In this document: positions 24,248 to 24,630 of the stretch, in pieces
Numbering within the stretch: the stretch's first letter is position 1
Layout: each line of letters begins with the position of its first letter
IMG/VR virus record: IMGVR_UViG_3300012038_000039
Coordinates: 1-24,630 of that record
Strand: one strand, 5' to 3'
DNA from: a virus
Lineage: Duplodnaviria; Caudoviricetes
DNA length: 24,630 nt
Position numbers and translations under genes: made by a program
The notes under the pieces: generated by a model
Seen by the model: the letters and a program-made list of their open reading frames with translations, nothing else
The model's database searches: none
What the model was told of the DNA's origin: nothing

Positions 24248-24564
24248 TGCAGTTTTGTGGTGAACCCGGCTGCGGTGCGCTGGTGCCGAGTGGCCGCTGC
24301 CCGACGCACACCCGCACCGAGCGCGCCGCGCGCAACGTGCATGACCGCTGGTATCGCACCGAGCCCTGGTCCCGGCTACGGCTCGAGGTGCTGCGCACTG
24401 AGCCGTTCTGCCGCGCGTGTCTCGCCGAGGGCCGCCGCACCGTGGCCACCGACATCGACCACATCGCGCGCCACGCCGGCGACCGCACGCTGTTCTGGGA
24501 TCGCAGTAACCTTCAACCACTTTGCCACGCGCACCACAGCGCCAAGACGGCGCGCGGAGAATAG
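24247..24564 (+). CDS. HNH endonuclease (HK97 gp74-like, packaging-associated)
   Basis: CGEPGC...CPTH; W..LR..VL..EPFCRAC; DIDHI...FWDRSNLQPLCHAHHSAKT. Confidence 0.9.
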   Translation: MQFCGEPGCGALVPSGRCPTHTRTERAARNVHDRWYRTEPWSRLRLEVLRTEPFCRACLAEGRRTVATDIDHIARHAGDRTLFWDRSNLQPLCHAHHSAKTARGE

Positions 24565-24569
24565 CCACC

Positions 24570-24630
24570 ATGGAAGACCCGAAGACCATGCAGGACACGC
24601 CCGGCTGGGAGCTGGTGACGGAGACCATGA
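24570..24630 (+). CDS. start of hypothetical ORF (3'-truncated)
   Basis: ATG 5 nt after the HNH stop; open to the window end (MEDPKTMQDTPGWELVTETM). Confidence 0.35.
   Translation, partial: MEDPKTMQDTPGWELVTETM

Overview
This window is most of a high-GC temperate siphovirus-type phage in its excised (attP) configuration. From left to right it holds: the C-terminal part of an HK97-type portal; head-tail joining genes; the tail tube; a tail chaperone pair joined by a -1 frameshift; the tape measure gene; a hub protein; a run of four genes with export signals, including a fibre-like protein; a beta-helix spike; an adaptor; and a collagen fibre. Next come a leftward three-gene ParB-like accessory operon, an attP carrying the 3' half of tRNA-Phe(GAA) flanked by TGGACCCT arm repeats, a tyrosine integrase, and an XRE repressor/AlpA switch. 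The early/middle operon follows (MT-A70 methyltransferase, annealing protein, replication initiator, VRR-NUC, small ORFs, DUF3309, a stand-alone RNA polymerase alpha-CTD, HNH). The most unusual observations are: (1) tail-module proteins with Sec/lipoprotein signal peptides, suggesting tail-tip parts mature outside the cytoplasm; (2) no recognisable endolysin; (3) an alpha-CTD gene apparently inserted by duplicating the start of the HNH gene. All family calls come from motif recognition by eye; no database searches were run.
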